From assembly GCA_964016885.1 (NCBI GenBank), contig OZ024750.1, positions 33,232,001 to 33,296,000 on the forward strand: a stretch of 64,000 nt of DNA, in the 5' to 3' direction. The stretch is from Eledone cirrhosa. Lineage: Eukaryota. The notes beneath the pieces were generated by a model. The model saw nothing but the letters and a program-made list of their open reading frames with translations. It was not told the origin of the DNA and did not search any database. A program made the position numbers and the translations under genes. Shown one piece after another: positions 40,893 through 57,167 of the stretch. Position 1 is the first letter of the stretch, and each line of letters opens with the position of its first letter.

Positions 40893-41607
40893 ATACAAGT
40901 TAATATAAATTAATATATTTGATAAACACAAATACCAACATATCCATGTTTGTATTGTAAATGACTAAGTTAGCTAGATTGAAAAATACTAATTATAATA
41001 ATATAGTTTGCCTGTCTCGATTTAAAATAATAAATCAATAAAAACAAAGTATATTGGCAAATGGCCGTGGTGCTTGGACAAATTTATATTTCAAAATCAA
41101 ACCTGTTCCGTAGACAGGTTTAAACCTTAAAATCCAAATATGATTCGAAAAATGAAAAAGTGGAACAAATACCGCATTTATATCTCCTCAGCAAGCACAG
41201 AAAAATTGGTATGTTTCACTTCAAAATATTTAAAAAAGACTGTTTAACGCACATGGTTTTCCACATGGTTATCCAGTGTCTAGCTACCGCATACTCGTGC
41301 TGCTAGAAATAACAGCCGTTTATATGGGGCTAAATTCAGCTCTACGTAAGGAGCAGTGATACTATTAATGAGTTCAAAACTCAGGCAGTCCTTTACAATG
41401 AAATAGCTCAAAGAAAGAAGTATTTCTGAGCCGTGTAATACAAGTTAATATAAATTAATATATTTGATAAACACAAATACCAACATATCCATGTTTGTAT
41501 TGTAAATGACTAAGTTAGCTAGATTGAAAAATACTAATTATAATAATATAGTTTGCCTGTCTCGATTTAAAATAATAAATCAATAAAAACAAAGTATATT
41601 GGCAAAT
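40893..41607. repeat. Direct repeat, 170 bp identical copies 545 bp apart
   Basis: 40893-41062 equals 41438-41607 (ATACAAGTTAATATAAATT...GTATATTGGCAAAT). Confidence 0.85.
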
Positions 41608-41686
41608 AGTATAATAGTAAAAAATCCTGGTCTGTTTATTGAATTTGGATTTTAAAATCCAAATTCAATAAACAGACCAGGATTTT

Positions 41687-41743
41687 TTCATTCTGAGGAT
41701 TGAAAGCAAATGTTTTGCTTTTAAGAAACCACTGGTAAATGGA
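41687..41743 (+). ncRNA. Type I hammerhead ribozyme (family F), preceded by a perfect hairpin 41620-41688
   Basis: TTCATT-CTGAGGA-TTGAAAGCAAA TGT TTTGCTTTTAA-GAAA-CC ACT GG-TA-AATGGA. Confidence 0.85.
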
Positions 41744-42130
41744 ATAATTGCCTTATTTTGTTTATTACATAACTATTAAGCTCTGTTACCTACATAGAGC
41801 ACTCTTTTTTCCTGGACTTTTCCGACGGAATTACTTCATTTATACAGCTCCAACCGGGATTGATTGAAGCATATTCTATATTACATATACGATTGGCACT
41901 ATATATATATATAGAGAGAGATTTTCATATACATAAACTGGACAGAGCCATAGATATTTATATGTGTTTTGGCAACCATTCACGGTGTGGCTCAATGACG
42001 AATTAATTAATTAAATAATCAACAATTAATTGATTTTTTGTGTGGTTAATTGTGCTGATTGGGAGGAGAAATACTGTATATATTATATCAAATGATTTTC
42101 TGTATATATTATATCAAACTTACTTTCTAA

Positions 42131-42191
<61 letters not shown>

Positions 42192-42229
42192 TGTGTATAT
42201 ATATATATGTGTGTGTATATATACATATA

Positions 42230-42363
<134 letters not shown>

Positions 42364-42494
42364 CATGTATATATATATAAACGTATCTATAAACATATAT
42401 ATACAAATATATATATATGTATATATATAATCATATATATATATAAACATATATATATATATTTACATATATATACATATATATATATGTATAT

Positions 42495-42625
<131 letters not shown>

Positions 42626-43335
42626 ATATATATATATAAACATATATATATATATACTTTTATATACATAGATAACTACATATATTTATAACCAAATTAT
42701 TGTGATTCAACGTGAATATTGATTACATTTCCTTTATGAAATTCTCATTTACTAAAGTCAGACAAAGACTTACATCCGTTCGCCTTCATTCCTATTGTGT
42801 AGGATCCATTAGCCTACAAATGTTGCCCTATAAAATTTCTTTTGTGAAATATTTATTTATATAATTTTCATAGACGTTGATCAGTTTGAAAAAAGATTCG
42901 TTAATTACAGCCTACCTGATTTGATAACTAAATAATAAATGTGTGAGATTTATAGATCAACCGTAATTGATTTTACAATCTATTATGTCCACCATGTCTG
43001 AAAACTAAAATGCATCTTTTGAGCGTTTAATGGAAATACAGTGCGCAGTATTTTATCTTTTAGCCCTAGTATGGAAGTGTATTATTTCTTATATAGCTTT
43101 ATAGCATTTAGGAATTTAGCATCTAAAAGCAAGGTGCATTGGCAGTATAAAGTATGACATAGTTATGTCATAGAGTTATGTCCCTTTACATTCCGCCGAG
43201 GTAACTTTTCCTTTCATTCTTTCAGCGCTGACAAGATAATGTGTTAGTAATGCAATGGTCTCAATATAATTGACTTCCCCTCACCGAAAATTGCTGGCCT
43301 TCTCTGTAAATCAGTGTAAATCTTAGCATCGAAAG

Positions 43336-43482
43336 CAGGCATGGGCAACCTTTTTAGTGTGACGGGCCGCATAGAAGATGGTACATCATATAGCTGGCCG
43401 CACTACTAAAATGATTCAAGGCAATTTTGAAATTAAGCATGTCATTCAGAAAGTCAAGCAGACCGCAGTTTGCTCATGACTG
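43336..43482. mobile_element. hAT-type MITE
   Basis: TIRs CAGGCATGGGCAAC / GTTTGCTCATGACTG; 8-bp TSD ATCGAAAG / ATCTAAAG. Confidence 0.75.
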
Positions 43483-43744
43483 ATCTAAAGGCTATATTGT
43501 AGCATTGGATCAGTTAAAGTTTAAGATTATTTTAAAAGTCATCTGCTGTGAATTCCCAATTATATAATTGCGCCATAAGTTAATTTTAACCTAGAGGTAT
43601 TTAACAACTTACACAAGCGTCAGATATGACAAAATGACTTTCGTTGTTTATTACAATCTGTTAGTATAATACTTTCTATTAGTTTCTCTAGTTTGGCTAA
43701 ATAATTTCCTAGTGTTAATGATTTTCACTTCCACTGCATGCACT

Positions 43745-44050
43745 TGTACGGACAGGTAGTCTGCCTCCCGCCAGATCATCATTCTGGGGCCTTACTCTTG
43801 TTCACGCAGCAGCTAGACTGGAAGAGACCTCGTGGCAGGTCCAGCACCAGATGATTGGATTTCATTACGGAAGATCTCCGTAGGCTCGACATCCCCTTGG
43901 AGGATGCAGAGGGCCTCTCACAAGACCTCAAGCGATGGAAGATGCTGGTAGACCTGGTTGGCTCTACATACAATGACGCCTCGTGGGTCGCTGACCTATG
44001 ATGACCCCAGTCCCATCGAGCAAGAGCAAAGAAGCAGAAGAGAAGAAGTA
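43745..44050 (+). mobile_element. 3' fragment of RTE-clade LINE
   Basis: Encodes WKRPRGRSSTR*LDFITEDLRRLDIPLEDAEGLSQDLKRWKMLV; GAA-rich tail. Confidence 0.7.
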
Positions 44051-44527
44051 GGCTGTAATGCAACTAGATACAGTGTAATTTCATTGTTATTGGGGTATAT
44101 GGTTGCAATTTCTAGAGATAAACGTAAAGTGTATTTTGCAGTTTTGATCTTTTCTATCCGAACATTCCTGACTGAAAATTAAATTAAAGAATTGAAAGAT
44201 GGATATTTACGTGTGTTGAATGTCATGGTTTCCATGATGGTACTGTAAACTACTGCCAAACTTACTACTATGAAATATATAAAATTCAAATAGTAATGAT
44301 TATTGCATTTACTGTTGGCATAATATGACAGCTTTTATGTTGGACGCTAAGAATATATTTGAAATCAGAACATAAGCAAATTCCATGTAATATCGTAATC
44401 AATACTGACTTATATGTTGTCAGAGAATCACCGTAGAATCGTTTGACTGCGTATATGGGAAAGGAATCGATATACCGCATCATGAGAGAGATATTGGTAA
44501 CTACTGAATATTCACCCTACTACTAAT

Positions 44528-45203
44528 AATAATTGTTTCTACTTTTGGCACAAGGCCAGCAAATTACCCATTGCATTACTGGTACTTTATTTTATCGACC
44601 CCGTAAAGATGAAAGGCAAAGTTAACCTCGGCGGAATTTGAAATCAGAATGGCAAGGGCCGTAACTCTATGCGTCAAAGCATGGCGTCCGACCCTCTACC
44701 GATACTGCCAATCCACCATGGTTTCTCATCTAGGCATAAGGTCAACAATTGAGGGGGAAGTCGATTAAATAGTCCCCAGTGCATTACTGGTGCTTTATTT
44801 ATTAACCTTCGTAAGAATAAAATGCAAAGTTAATCTCCGCGGGAATTGAATACGGAACTTAAAGGGACGTCAATATGTGCAGCATAATGGTTTCTGATTT
44901 AGGCTCAAGGCCAACAATTTTGGGGATATCAAAGTCATTTAAGTCGACCCCAGTGCATTACTGGTACTTTAATTTATCGATTCCGTAATGACGAAAGGCA
45001 AAGCTAACCTTGGCGAGATTTGAACTCAGAACGCAAAGGGACGTGACTATATGCCGCAAAGCATGTTGTCCAACGCTCTACTGATACTGACAATCATATA
45101 TAATCGTAATAATTGTTTCTACTTTAGGCACAAGGCCAGCAATTACCCAGTGCATTACTGGTACTTTATTTTATCGACCCCGTAAGGATGAAAGGCAAAG
45201 TCA
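44528..45203 (-). mobile_element. Cluster of four head-to-tail tRNA-derived SINE copies of differing age
   Basis: Copies at ~44528-44717, 44719-44880, 44887-45095 and 45107-45203. Confidence 0.85.
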
Positions 45204-47438
45204 ATAGTAATAATAATATATATATGCAATGACACATCTTAAATATAACGAGATGTAAGTGGTGGCTAAACTTTTACTACTTTATTGAGTTCAATACTTA
45301 CTGAAAAGTTCATAAGCTGACTATGAAGGATGGATGCTAGCGCTGTGAAATCTTGCATTCATTAATTTCAACTCTTCTTATTACTGCATTGTTTCTTTTA
45401 GGAATTATGTTAAAAAATAAACCTCATTTGGTCATTCTATGAGAGTATCTTGGTCAGCTTATGAACGTGTCAGCCGACATTCGTATTCTATGACTTATTT
45501 TATGGAACTCGAAGAGATGAAAGACAAACAAAGTTCCTAGATGGTATTTGAACATAAAACACATCCAACCACTTCCTGGGAGTTTCTTATACAACACCCA
45601 TCCTTGATAACATCCACAAAATTCTAATACTTCCAACACAATCCTGGATTTCATGTGTCTCTAGGTGAAACTTAAAGTAGATCATCATAGAAGACTCTGA
45701 AAATACAAACTCAAAAGAGGGGAGAAAGCACTAAATTAACAAACACTGATAAAGTATTATTAACATTGTTTTAAATAAATGTTTTGTATCATATTTTACA
45801 TATTGAAGTTAACCTATCTGATATTTATTTGCTTTATATATCTATCAGCATCCACATTTCAGAACAACTATGATATTTAACCATCGCCATTTCCTGCTAC
45901 TACACGTGATATTTTCTAAAGTAATACAGAAAACATATATTATTAGTTGAGAATTGAGAATTTAACATGTATCATTATGTTCTTCTAAAAATCATACAAA
46001 AATTTAGAATTTTATAGCTTCGGGGAATTAATAAACAACGCTAACATTAACATACATCTTAATTTAAAGTATTAATTTAAAGTCTTGATTTAATGAGCTT
46101 CATTTAGATTGAAAAAGAATGTAGTATCTTTGAAAAGCAGACAGTTTCATTAAAATGCAAAATGAGAAAAATACTCGCAGTTAAAATTTATTATAAATCA
46201 GTTATTCCTATAGCCTATATTTGAGGAAATTACATAGCATGTACTATATAATCGATATACCGTGAGATAATGATGTAGTTAGGAAATTATTAAAGCTGGC
46301 AGTTATAGAATTTTAATATAGTATTAAACGCAAACGAGTAGATGAAAGCTTCTGCGTGTCAGATTGGCATTCTGGTATTGTTAACCTGCCGTCGTATTTT
46401 CATTTTTTCGGCGTTAAAGCTCGCGTGGAATACGACAATGTCACAAAACAAAATCAGAAACATTCTGCATTACACATCCAAAATTCAATTAATAATTCTA
46501 AGAAAATATTTCTGTAATTCAAATTCTTTCTTTAAAATAACTATAAGTTTTAAGTTTCAGATGTATTATTAAAGCTATTCTTTAACATAAGTTTCTGTTT
46601 CTTGTGTGCACAGAAGGAAGGAATCCTACTTATACATTAAAATGACATAGATGAATACATCTACAAATAGCCACCTTTGTTTGATTGAAGCTATCAGAGA
46701 CCTTGTTAAATTTAGAGATACAGAGATAGAGGTGGGGTGGAAGAGGGAATCTGAGAATAGTTATGGTAGCTTTCAATATGTAGTTAGGAACAAAGTAAAT
46801 ATTAAATATGGTGCCTTTAATAAGTATATATATATATGTGCATGTGTGTGTGTATGAATATATAAGTATATAGGTACATGCAAACATATTTTTCAATTCC
46901 TTCTTTACAACACTAATACGCTTGTAAGTTAGCTATAGATAAAGCCTATTCTGTTTTGCATAAATTCAATATTTTATTATTTTTATGGATACTCGGGGAT
47001 GCTATGAACAGATATATTGATTCCTATTTATTTTTCTTAATGCTCTAATTTGCATTTCATGAAATTATGATAAGGCTATAAATATGATATATAACATATT
47101 GTACCAATAGAAATAATGGAAAAATAAAGATTCAATTTTTTTATAGAATACTTCTAATTCAATAAAATATCGTTACATCTTTTTATATTTTAAATAGAAC
47201 CTTTGCTAATGTTTTTTAGAAACGATTAAGTAAATTTAGAAACTTTCTATGTGAGTTAAGAAATTTTAAACATGATTTCCATATGTTAATTTTCCAATTC
47301 ATATCCAAACTGCTTTTTAATGAAAAGAAATGGAGGAAATTCTGCCATATATATAAAATTAAATCGATCTAAATCTGTTTTATATTAAAATATTCTCATG
47401 CTAGGATACATGTTAAAACTTTATATATATATATATAT

Positions 47439-47595
<157 letters not shown>

Positions 47596-47782
47596 TTTAA
47601 TATAGAAAGATGTTCTACTGTTTTATTGTGAGGAAACATCAGGAAAGGTTTCCTGGTGATTTCTTTTCAATAAAAAAGAGTTTTAGCTCTGTAGAAGCCA
47701 TTTCTATATTAAACTTGCTGTTTACACTCTACTAATGTATTGAGTACTTTAGTAACTGTCGTTACCCCGATTGAACCCGGGA

Positions 47783-47827
<45 letters not shown>

Positions 47828-47829
<2 letters not shown>

Positions 47830-48021
47830 CGAAGGAAATGTGGTAAGGAACCAGGTGGGCCATAACGCACCAAAGTACTCAATACTTAGGGTAGTAGAGT
47901 GGGTAATAGGAACCAGTAAGACCCCGACGGCTGAGCTCAAGCCGTTTCGACGGCTCATTCTGGTCCAGAATGAGCCGTCGAAACGGCTTGAGCTCAGCCG
48001 TCGAGGTCTTACTGGTTCCTA
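47828..48021 (-). mobile_element. Short fold-back derivative of the PLE at 5301-10375
   Basis: Matches 8771-8906, folds back at TTCTGGTCCAGAA, inverted arm ends GGTTCC(TA)n. Confidence 0.9.
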
Positions 48022-48037
48022 TATATATATATATATG

Positions 48038-48089
<52 letters not shown>

Positions 48090-48122
48090 CGTGTGTGTAT
48101 GAGTGTGTGTGTGTGTGTGTGC

Positions 48123-48153
<31 letters not shown>

Positions 48154-48270
48154 TGGGTGTGTGTGTGTGTGCGTGTGTATGTATATATTTCTGCCCTTTT
48201 GATATACATCCCAGCGTTTGTGTAGTTGGTGGTGCGAGTACGGAGTTAAATATTATAATAAAATGACAGG

Positions 48271-48378
48271 AGGCTGGACTTGTGTAAATCCTTGAAAGGT
48301 TTATTATACTATGATCATTTCAATGACCAGGTTCATAGTATAATAAACCTTTCAAGGATTTACACAAGTCCAGCCTCA
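48271..48378. repeat. Hairpin with ~45 bp perfect arms
   Basis: GAGGCTGGACTTGTGTAAATCCTTGAAAGGTTTATTATACTATGA ... TCATAGTATAATAAACCTTTCAAGGATTTACACAAGTCCAGCCTC. Confidence 0.85.
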
Positions 48379-48484
48379 TGTTAGACGAAGACTGTTGAGC
48401 TGCTTTACGTTGAGTACTCTCCATATTATTACATCAAGATTGACCATACGGAATGACCAGCTCTATCCAGTGGTGAACCTTCAA

Positions 48485-48517
<33 letters not shown>

Positions 48518-48633
48518 ATATTATATGTATTATATATATATATATATATTATATATATTATATATATATAATATATATATATATATTATATATATATTAT
48601 ATATATATATTATATATATATATATATTATATA

Positions 48634-48715
<82 letters not shown>

Positions 48716-48716
48716 G

Positions 48717-48747
<31 letters not shown>

Positions 48748-48778
48748 TATATATATAATATATATTTATGTATATATA

Positions 48779-48809
<31 letters not shown>

Positions 48810-48811
48810 GT

Positions 48812-49207
48812 ATGTTGGCAGTATCGGTAGAGGGTCGGACACCATGCTTTGACGCATAGAGTTTCGGCCCTTGCCATTTTTAGTTCAAATCCCGCCGAGG
48901 TTAACTTGCCTTTCATCCTTACGGGGTCGATAAAATAAAGTACCAGTAATGTACTGGTTAATTGCTGGCCTTGTGCCAATAGTAGAAACAATTATACTAT
49001 GTTATATCATGTTATATCAATAGCGGTGAATTGGCAGTATCGGTAGAGGGTCAGACATGCTTTCCAGCGTAGATACGTCCCTTTACGATCTGAGTTCAAA
49101 TCCCGCCGAGGTTAACTTTGCCTTTCATCCTTACGGGGTCGATAAAATGAAGTACCAGTAATGCACTGGGTATTTACTGGCCTTGTGCCAAAAGTAGAAA
49201 CAATTAT
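48812..49207 (+). mobile_element. Two tandem tRNA-derived SINE copies
   Basis: 48812-48993 and 49023-49207 are homologous to 123-310. Confidence 0.88.
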
Positions 49208-49706
49208 ATTACATTAAATAATATTACGATATATATATTACGAGTGAATGGTTATATAAGCCTACTAAATACGTGTTTCCTTGTGGTTGTTTGGATGAAA
49301 TACTCGCCTTCTGATGAGGGTCCACCTAGGTCCGAAAATCATTTAAAAGTGTTTATCATTTTCTCAATCAACAGAGGAATTCGTATATTCTGGATTGCAA
49401 AGATGTCTAAATATTTAAGATGTATATGGACACATCGGTGCAATCTCTGTTACCCATTCTGATATAACTTTAATGTGTGTGTATGTATGAATGTGTGTGT
49501 ATGTGTATGAATGTGTGTGGTGTGTATAACTTTAATGTATGTATGTGTGTGTGTGCGTGTGTGTTAGTGTGCGTGTGATGTGTTAGTGTGTGTGTATGAA
49601 TGTGTGTGTGTGCGTGTGCGTGTGGTGTGTTAGTGTGTGTGCGTGCGTGTGTGTGTGGTGTGTTAGTATGCGTGTGTGTGTGTAGTATGTTAGTGTGTGC
49701 GTGTGT

Positions 49707-49744
<38 letters not shown>

Positions 49745-49829
49745 AGAGAGAGAGTATGAAATGTAGCGTAGATGTATGTATTCGTATACATACAAGTGGT
49801 GTATACATACATCTCTGGTGACATCGGTG

Positions 49830-50098
49830 TTGTGAGTCGAGTTTTAAGAAATGGTTACAACTTTTTAGTGAGACTAAGTACAAGATGTGTTGTATGGATG
49901 TGAGTCGAGTTATAAGAAATGGTTACATTTCAGTGAGACTAAGTACAAGATGTGTTATATGGATGTGAGTCGAGTTTTAAGAAATAGTTACATTTCAGTG
50001 AGACTAAGTACAAGATGTGTTGTATGGATGTGAGTCGAGTTTCAAGAAATGGTTACAACTTTTTAGTGAGACTAAGTACAATATGTGTTGTATGGATA
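49830..50098. repeat. Tandem repeat, 4 units of 64-68 bp
   Basis: Unit TGTGAGTCGAGTTTTAAGAAATGGTTACA(ACTT)TTTAGTGAGACTAAGTACAAGATGTGTTGTATGGA. Confidence 0.88.
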
Positions 50099-51179
50099 GA
50101 TTTGCAAATATCCTTTATTTCCTGAGTAACACCGCATGTGGTAGAGTATTAAGAGAAATTGTTATTATTTCTTAAAGTGTTTTGACGTTTGAATCCTTGC
50201 AAAGCAGCTGGATGGATTTCTTTTGTACTCACACGGATGTTTGTATATATAATTATAGCACTCTTCTCGTACACCAACCTTCCATCCTGGCACCTATTAT
50301 TTCTAATATTTAAAATTGGTAATTTCTGTTTTTCATGCTTATAAAAAGTGTTCAGATTTGACCCAGCATCAAGAATCAAGATTCTTTCTTTGAAATGAAA
50401 CGAAGAAAATGTTTTTTTGTACACTTTGTTACATTTCCCAATGACGTCTGCGTAATAAGTAAGGAAATTGGCTTGAACTGAGGGATTACAACCGTGTGAC
50501 AGGTTTAGTTTGATGGGAACTTGCATTTATTTGTCGTGGTTACCTTTATCTTGGAAAAGATTATTAGTTTCCTTTTAGGAAGACACATCGTTTCTCTATT
50601 ATTAGGAAATCGAAATTGGCACGTTTCACTAAAATCCTTTACCAAAAGAGATTCATTTAATAATGAACCTGAAATGACCTAAAATGAAATTTCAACCGCC
50701 AGGGGATCCCGAAGTGTCGTAAGAGTTTTTCTTTGTTTCGACTATGGCATTACACAGACTAAAGTTTATATACTCTATATATAAACGATTGACTGTAATA
50801 TAAATCCTGAATATAGCTATTCCATCTAAAATAATTGGTCTTTTACCGAACCAGAAAGAAATTCTTATCAGAAAATAAAGACGATGGGATTACTTAATGT
50901 TCTTTGAAATAAGAAACAGAAGGTAAGGAATAGTTCAAGTCATCGAATCATTTCTAGTTTCTTGCTAGCTGCTAATCTCATCTGCCTATCAGTATTAATA
51001 TTTGGGGGCAGGTACATCTATCTATAGTGAAGAAGTTTGTGTTCGTAAGGCATGCGGGAATTTATAAGTTACGTTAATTAGAGACGGATATCATAACTAT
51101 AATAAAGGGAGGAGTATGGGACTGCGTCCCCAATATATTTGTTTATCCCGTTAGTAAAATAGGTTAGATTACTTTGAAT

Positions 51180-51363
51180 AAATAATTGTTTCTACTTTAA
51201 GCACAAGGCCAGCAAATACCCAATACATTACTGTTACTTTATTTTATCTACCCCGTAAGGATGAAAGGCAAAGTTAACCTCGGCGGGATTTGAACTCAGA
51301 CTATAAAGGGACGTAACTATGCTAGAAAGCATGGCGTCCAACCCTCTACCGATACTGCCAATT
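51180..51363 (-). mobile_element. tRNA-derived SINE
   Basis: Homologous to 123-310. Confidence 0.88.
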
Positions 51364-54333
51364 CACTTTGAATAAATAATGAATGAATATTACATAATGT
51401 ATCTACTAAATTTCGTAGCTGTTGATTTAATATAAATATTCTTATATATAATGATTGCTTATTTTAAGATTCACTTCTTTTGACATTTTCAAATATCTAC
51501 ACTTCCGGTTAGCGTCCGTTATATCACAACACTTATTACATCGCTTATATAAACATTCATATATTTGCATCGTTATATAATGTTTCATTACATTTCACCG
51601 TAATGCAGTTTACATATAATATCGTCTTTTTTAAATGTATCATGGATTACTTTACTGATTACAGAAGAGAGTGTAACACAGACTCTCTTAAATGTCTGTG
51701 CATATTGTCAATTGCGATTTCATTTGACATATTATATCTACATGCATGTATATTTGCATATAATATAAATATGCACACTACACATGCTAGCAGAGAACGA
51801 CCCGAAGGGTGATTTTTCTGCTAGTGTATGTAATGCTGTTCAAACGATATCCAGATTTAACTGGTTATTAGGAACACACACTGGGCAGATTTAAATGGTT
51901 ATTAGGAACACACAGTGGGTTGCCCTGTGTTATTTAAGATGTCTAAAACCTGTTAATCAGTTTAATTCCTTTAGATGTAAACAGAAGATGTAAAAGAAAT
52001 AAATTTGTCTATTGAATATTTTTATGAAGAAATCGTCCAATTCAAATAAAATGTCGTCATGCTTTAATGCAACAACACAAAATTATATCAATAATTAATA
52101 TAAAGTATAATGTGCTCATGCGCGGAGATGTTATGAAATAGCTTATCTAATAGGGTGAAGACATTTAAACATTTAGCATTTACATTACTCTATATTTACT
52201 ATTTTATTTTCATGGTAAAGGCTTTATCTCACGAGATTATCTCACATAATACTGAATCCATGAGATTTTGATGTTATTTATTTTGAGAACAATACCTTAA
52301 CATCAGTGTGAGTGGGCAGTTACGGCTGGTTTGAACAGAAAGTGGTAAGAGAATTCTCGCTGGATACGGGTGGCTTAAATGCTAAAAGGTTAAAGACGGA
52401 AAAAAGGATAAAGAATGATGTGATCGAAGATTCTATAAATAGGGTGATGAGAAATTGAACCCTATACCTTCCCCTAGGAAATAGAGTGTTCAATACTTCA
52501 TTGCGGCCGATGGCAACTTCTTTTGTCGTTTTTATAGATTTACACCCTATTTTAGAAGCTATTTTGTAGGATCTCTGAGCAATAGAACTCCATTCATTAT
52601 ATTAACTATATATTTTCAGCGCTTTGTAAAAGTCCAAGAGATTTGCTACGTATCTTTGTTTACATCAATAGTATTTCCTAAATGTTTTATGTTAAAGATT
52701 TTAGCAGGATCTAAGTAGTAATCTTCAATGATTAAGTTATATTCTTTATGACAATATAACCACGATTCTACATACTTTACGTCTGGGGGTTATATTGTAT
52801 TTTGTTTCCAAGTATAAACAGGTAATCAGACGTGATTATGTTCTTCCGGTAAATTTCTAATGATTAATGCTTACATACAACAAAAGCACCATATTGCCGT
52901 CTCTAGCCTATTACATTATTTAGATGCGATACATCTGTATTGTTTATTGTGAATACCATCAACAATGTCTACTTGCACACCCATCAGCGCTTTACCTTCT
53001 CTTGTGAAAGCCAGTATGTATGGATAGATGTATGGATGGATGTATAGACGTATCTATCAATGTATGATTCTATATATTTATGTGTGTATGTATTTATGTA
53101 TTTATGTATGTATACATGTATGTACGTATGTATATAGGTATGTATGTACGTATATATGTATATATGTGTATGTATATATATATATATTTATGTATATATG
53201 TCGATATATATATGTGTGTATGCATGTATGTACAAACTTACGTACGTTAGTATGTACGTATATATGTAAGTATATATATGTAAGTATATATGTATGCATG
53301 TTGGTAGATAAATATGTATGTGTGTATGTATACGTGTATGTATATATTATTCCGTAACTCCCGTATTTGGCATACAGCGTTTCTAGGGAATTTTTAAATC
53401 TGGCAGAGCCCATTCCTCCCCTGGTCTGAATGCAGCAGATTTCTTCCATAAAAGAATAGAGAAAGGAAGAGAATGAAAGTGAGAAAGAGATATAGAGGAT
53501 GGATTGAACACAGTGGTAGTTTCTATTGATCTTGAATGGATGAAAGGCAAAGTTGATCTCGGCGGCATTTGATCTCAGTGAGTAAAGAACCGGAACTAAT
53601 ACTGTCAAATAATCTATCGGACGTTCTAACAAATCTTGCAATTCCCCGCCTTGTACTTTTATTTAAAACTTGATCAAAATGGATATATCACAAGACTTGT
53701 GGCAGCTGTTCTTCTAAAGTCGAATCAATTTTATTTAAGATATTATCTTTTGTATGTTTATGGCAACTGTTCAACTCCCAAATCACCCTTACTCTTCAAG
53801 CAACAAGATATTTGTATGTATATTTATATATAAATATATATATATGTGGGGGGGGGGGTGCGTGCGTGTGTACGTGTGTGTGTGTGTGTATGTATGTATG
53901 GATGGATGTATGAATGTATTCCATGAGCTGACCAATTGAATTTAGTCTAACTTTATAAGTTCACACTCGATATGGACGTCTGACAAAAAATTATCGTAAA
54001 TTCGACGTAGTATGTTTTCATTCACCTTCTATGCAGTTAAGACAAAGCAAGCTCGTTAATTAAATTATATAACACTATATAAACTGGAGATAATATTGCA
54101 TTAGTGTAAACTTGATTTTAAATGCGTCCTAAAAGTTAGGTAAGAGTATATATGGCTAAACATTTACCCAAATTTTTTCAATTACTTTCTATAATGTTCG
54201 ACTGTTATTATGGTTACTTTATTTGTTTGGGACGGTCACATTTTCAAATTGTTCTATTTGTAAACACTCCCAGTTCTTCGATGATTGCTAAGATATGTAT
54301 GAGTATCTGAGAGAGAGATAAAGAGATACATAC

Positions 54334-55800
<1,467 letters not shown>

Positions 55801-56210
55801 ATATATATAAGGAAAAGAAATCGAAAATTGAGATGGAGGGTTTGTGGTTTGACAAACCAGAAACTCCCCGTCTCAATTTTACTTTTGAAAAGCATAAGAA
55901 CTGTGAAACCGATAAAGGAAATAAATAAATATTCTTAAAAAGACTCCAGTTGCATTTTCGATTTCTTTTCCTTATAATTTCACCCGTATAGAATATATAT
56001 ATATATTTTTGAATTTAAATTACCATGCAAAAATATTATAATGGATGTCACCCCACTGTGCATCGATATATACATATGTATCTGTATGTCTCTAGTGTTG
56101 GAAAGGAGGTCGTATGTAAACAATCATTGAAAAATTGCTCCGAAGACTCCAAACCTCGGTTTGGATGAAACGATTGTAAGCTAATAAATGGTTTGAACAG
56201 AACTTTGATT

Positions 56211-56297
<87 letters not shown>

Positions 56298-56367
56298 ATT
56301 AGTTAGTTATATATATATATATATACTTTCACCCATATAGAATATATATATATATGTATATATTCAT

Positions 56368-56580
56368 CTTCTTCTTCTTCTTCTTCTTCTTCTTCTTCTT
56401 CTTCTTCTTCTTCTTCTTCTTCTTCTTCTTCTTCTTCACCCACTTATTCCTGACAGAGGGAAATGGGAGCAGAGTCCGCAAACGACTCCCGAGCAACAAT
56501 CTTGCTCGGGAGTCTACCCCTGGGTCTTTTGTCGGCTGGTTTTGCCCGTAAAATCTATCCAGCGATTCTTTCCTGAGATA
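56368..56580 (-). mobile_element. 3' end of RTE-like element with long (GAA)n tail
   Basis: Same terminal TCAGGAATAAGTGGG(T/GC)GAAGAA as 25119-25170. Confidence 0.65.
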
Positions 56581-56950
56581 TGTCATTCATTAATATAGAG
56601 AAACACTGGAATATGAATCCGGTTTCGTGCAATGTCACACCGAAGAGTATGCCTAGTTTCTACTTAATCTAAATCATGTAACGTACGCTTTCAGTATCGA
56701 TATTGATATTTCGATATTATTCACTCGTATTTAATATTTAAACGACTTCTATCAAAAATATATTTCTCTATTATTAGTAATCATATTATAAAGTAATTTG
56801 TACTTTACGTCGATTTCATTTATTCACGTGTTTCCTTCAGGAGATTAATGTCGGCTGCTTTCAAATTCAAAACATAATTCGATTCTCAAACGAATCTGAA
56901 GCTCTGACGTGTATTTATATATATAATTATATATGTGTGTGTGTGTGCGT

Positions 56951-57167
<217 letters not shown>

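Noticed and set aside
50149-50526. 125-aa minus-strand ORF, possible transposase remnant
   Set aside because: No motif I can recognise; needs a profile search.
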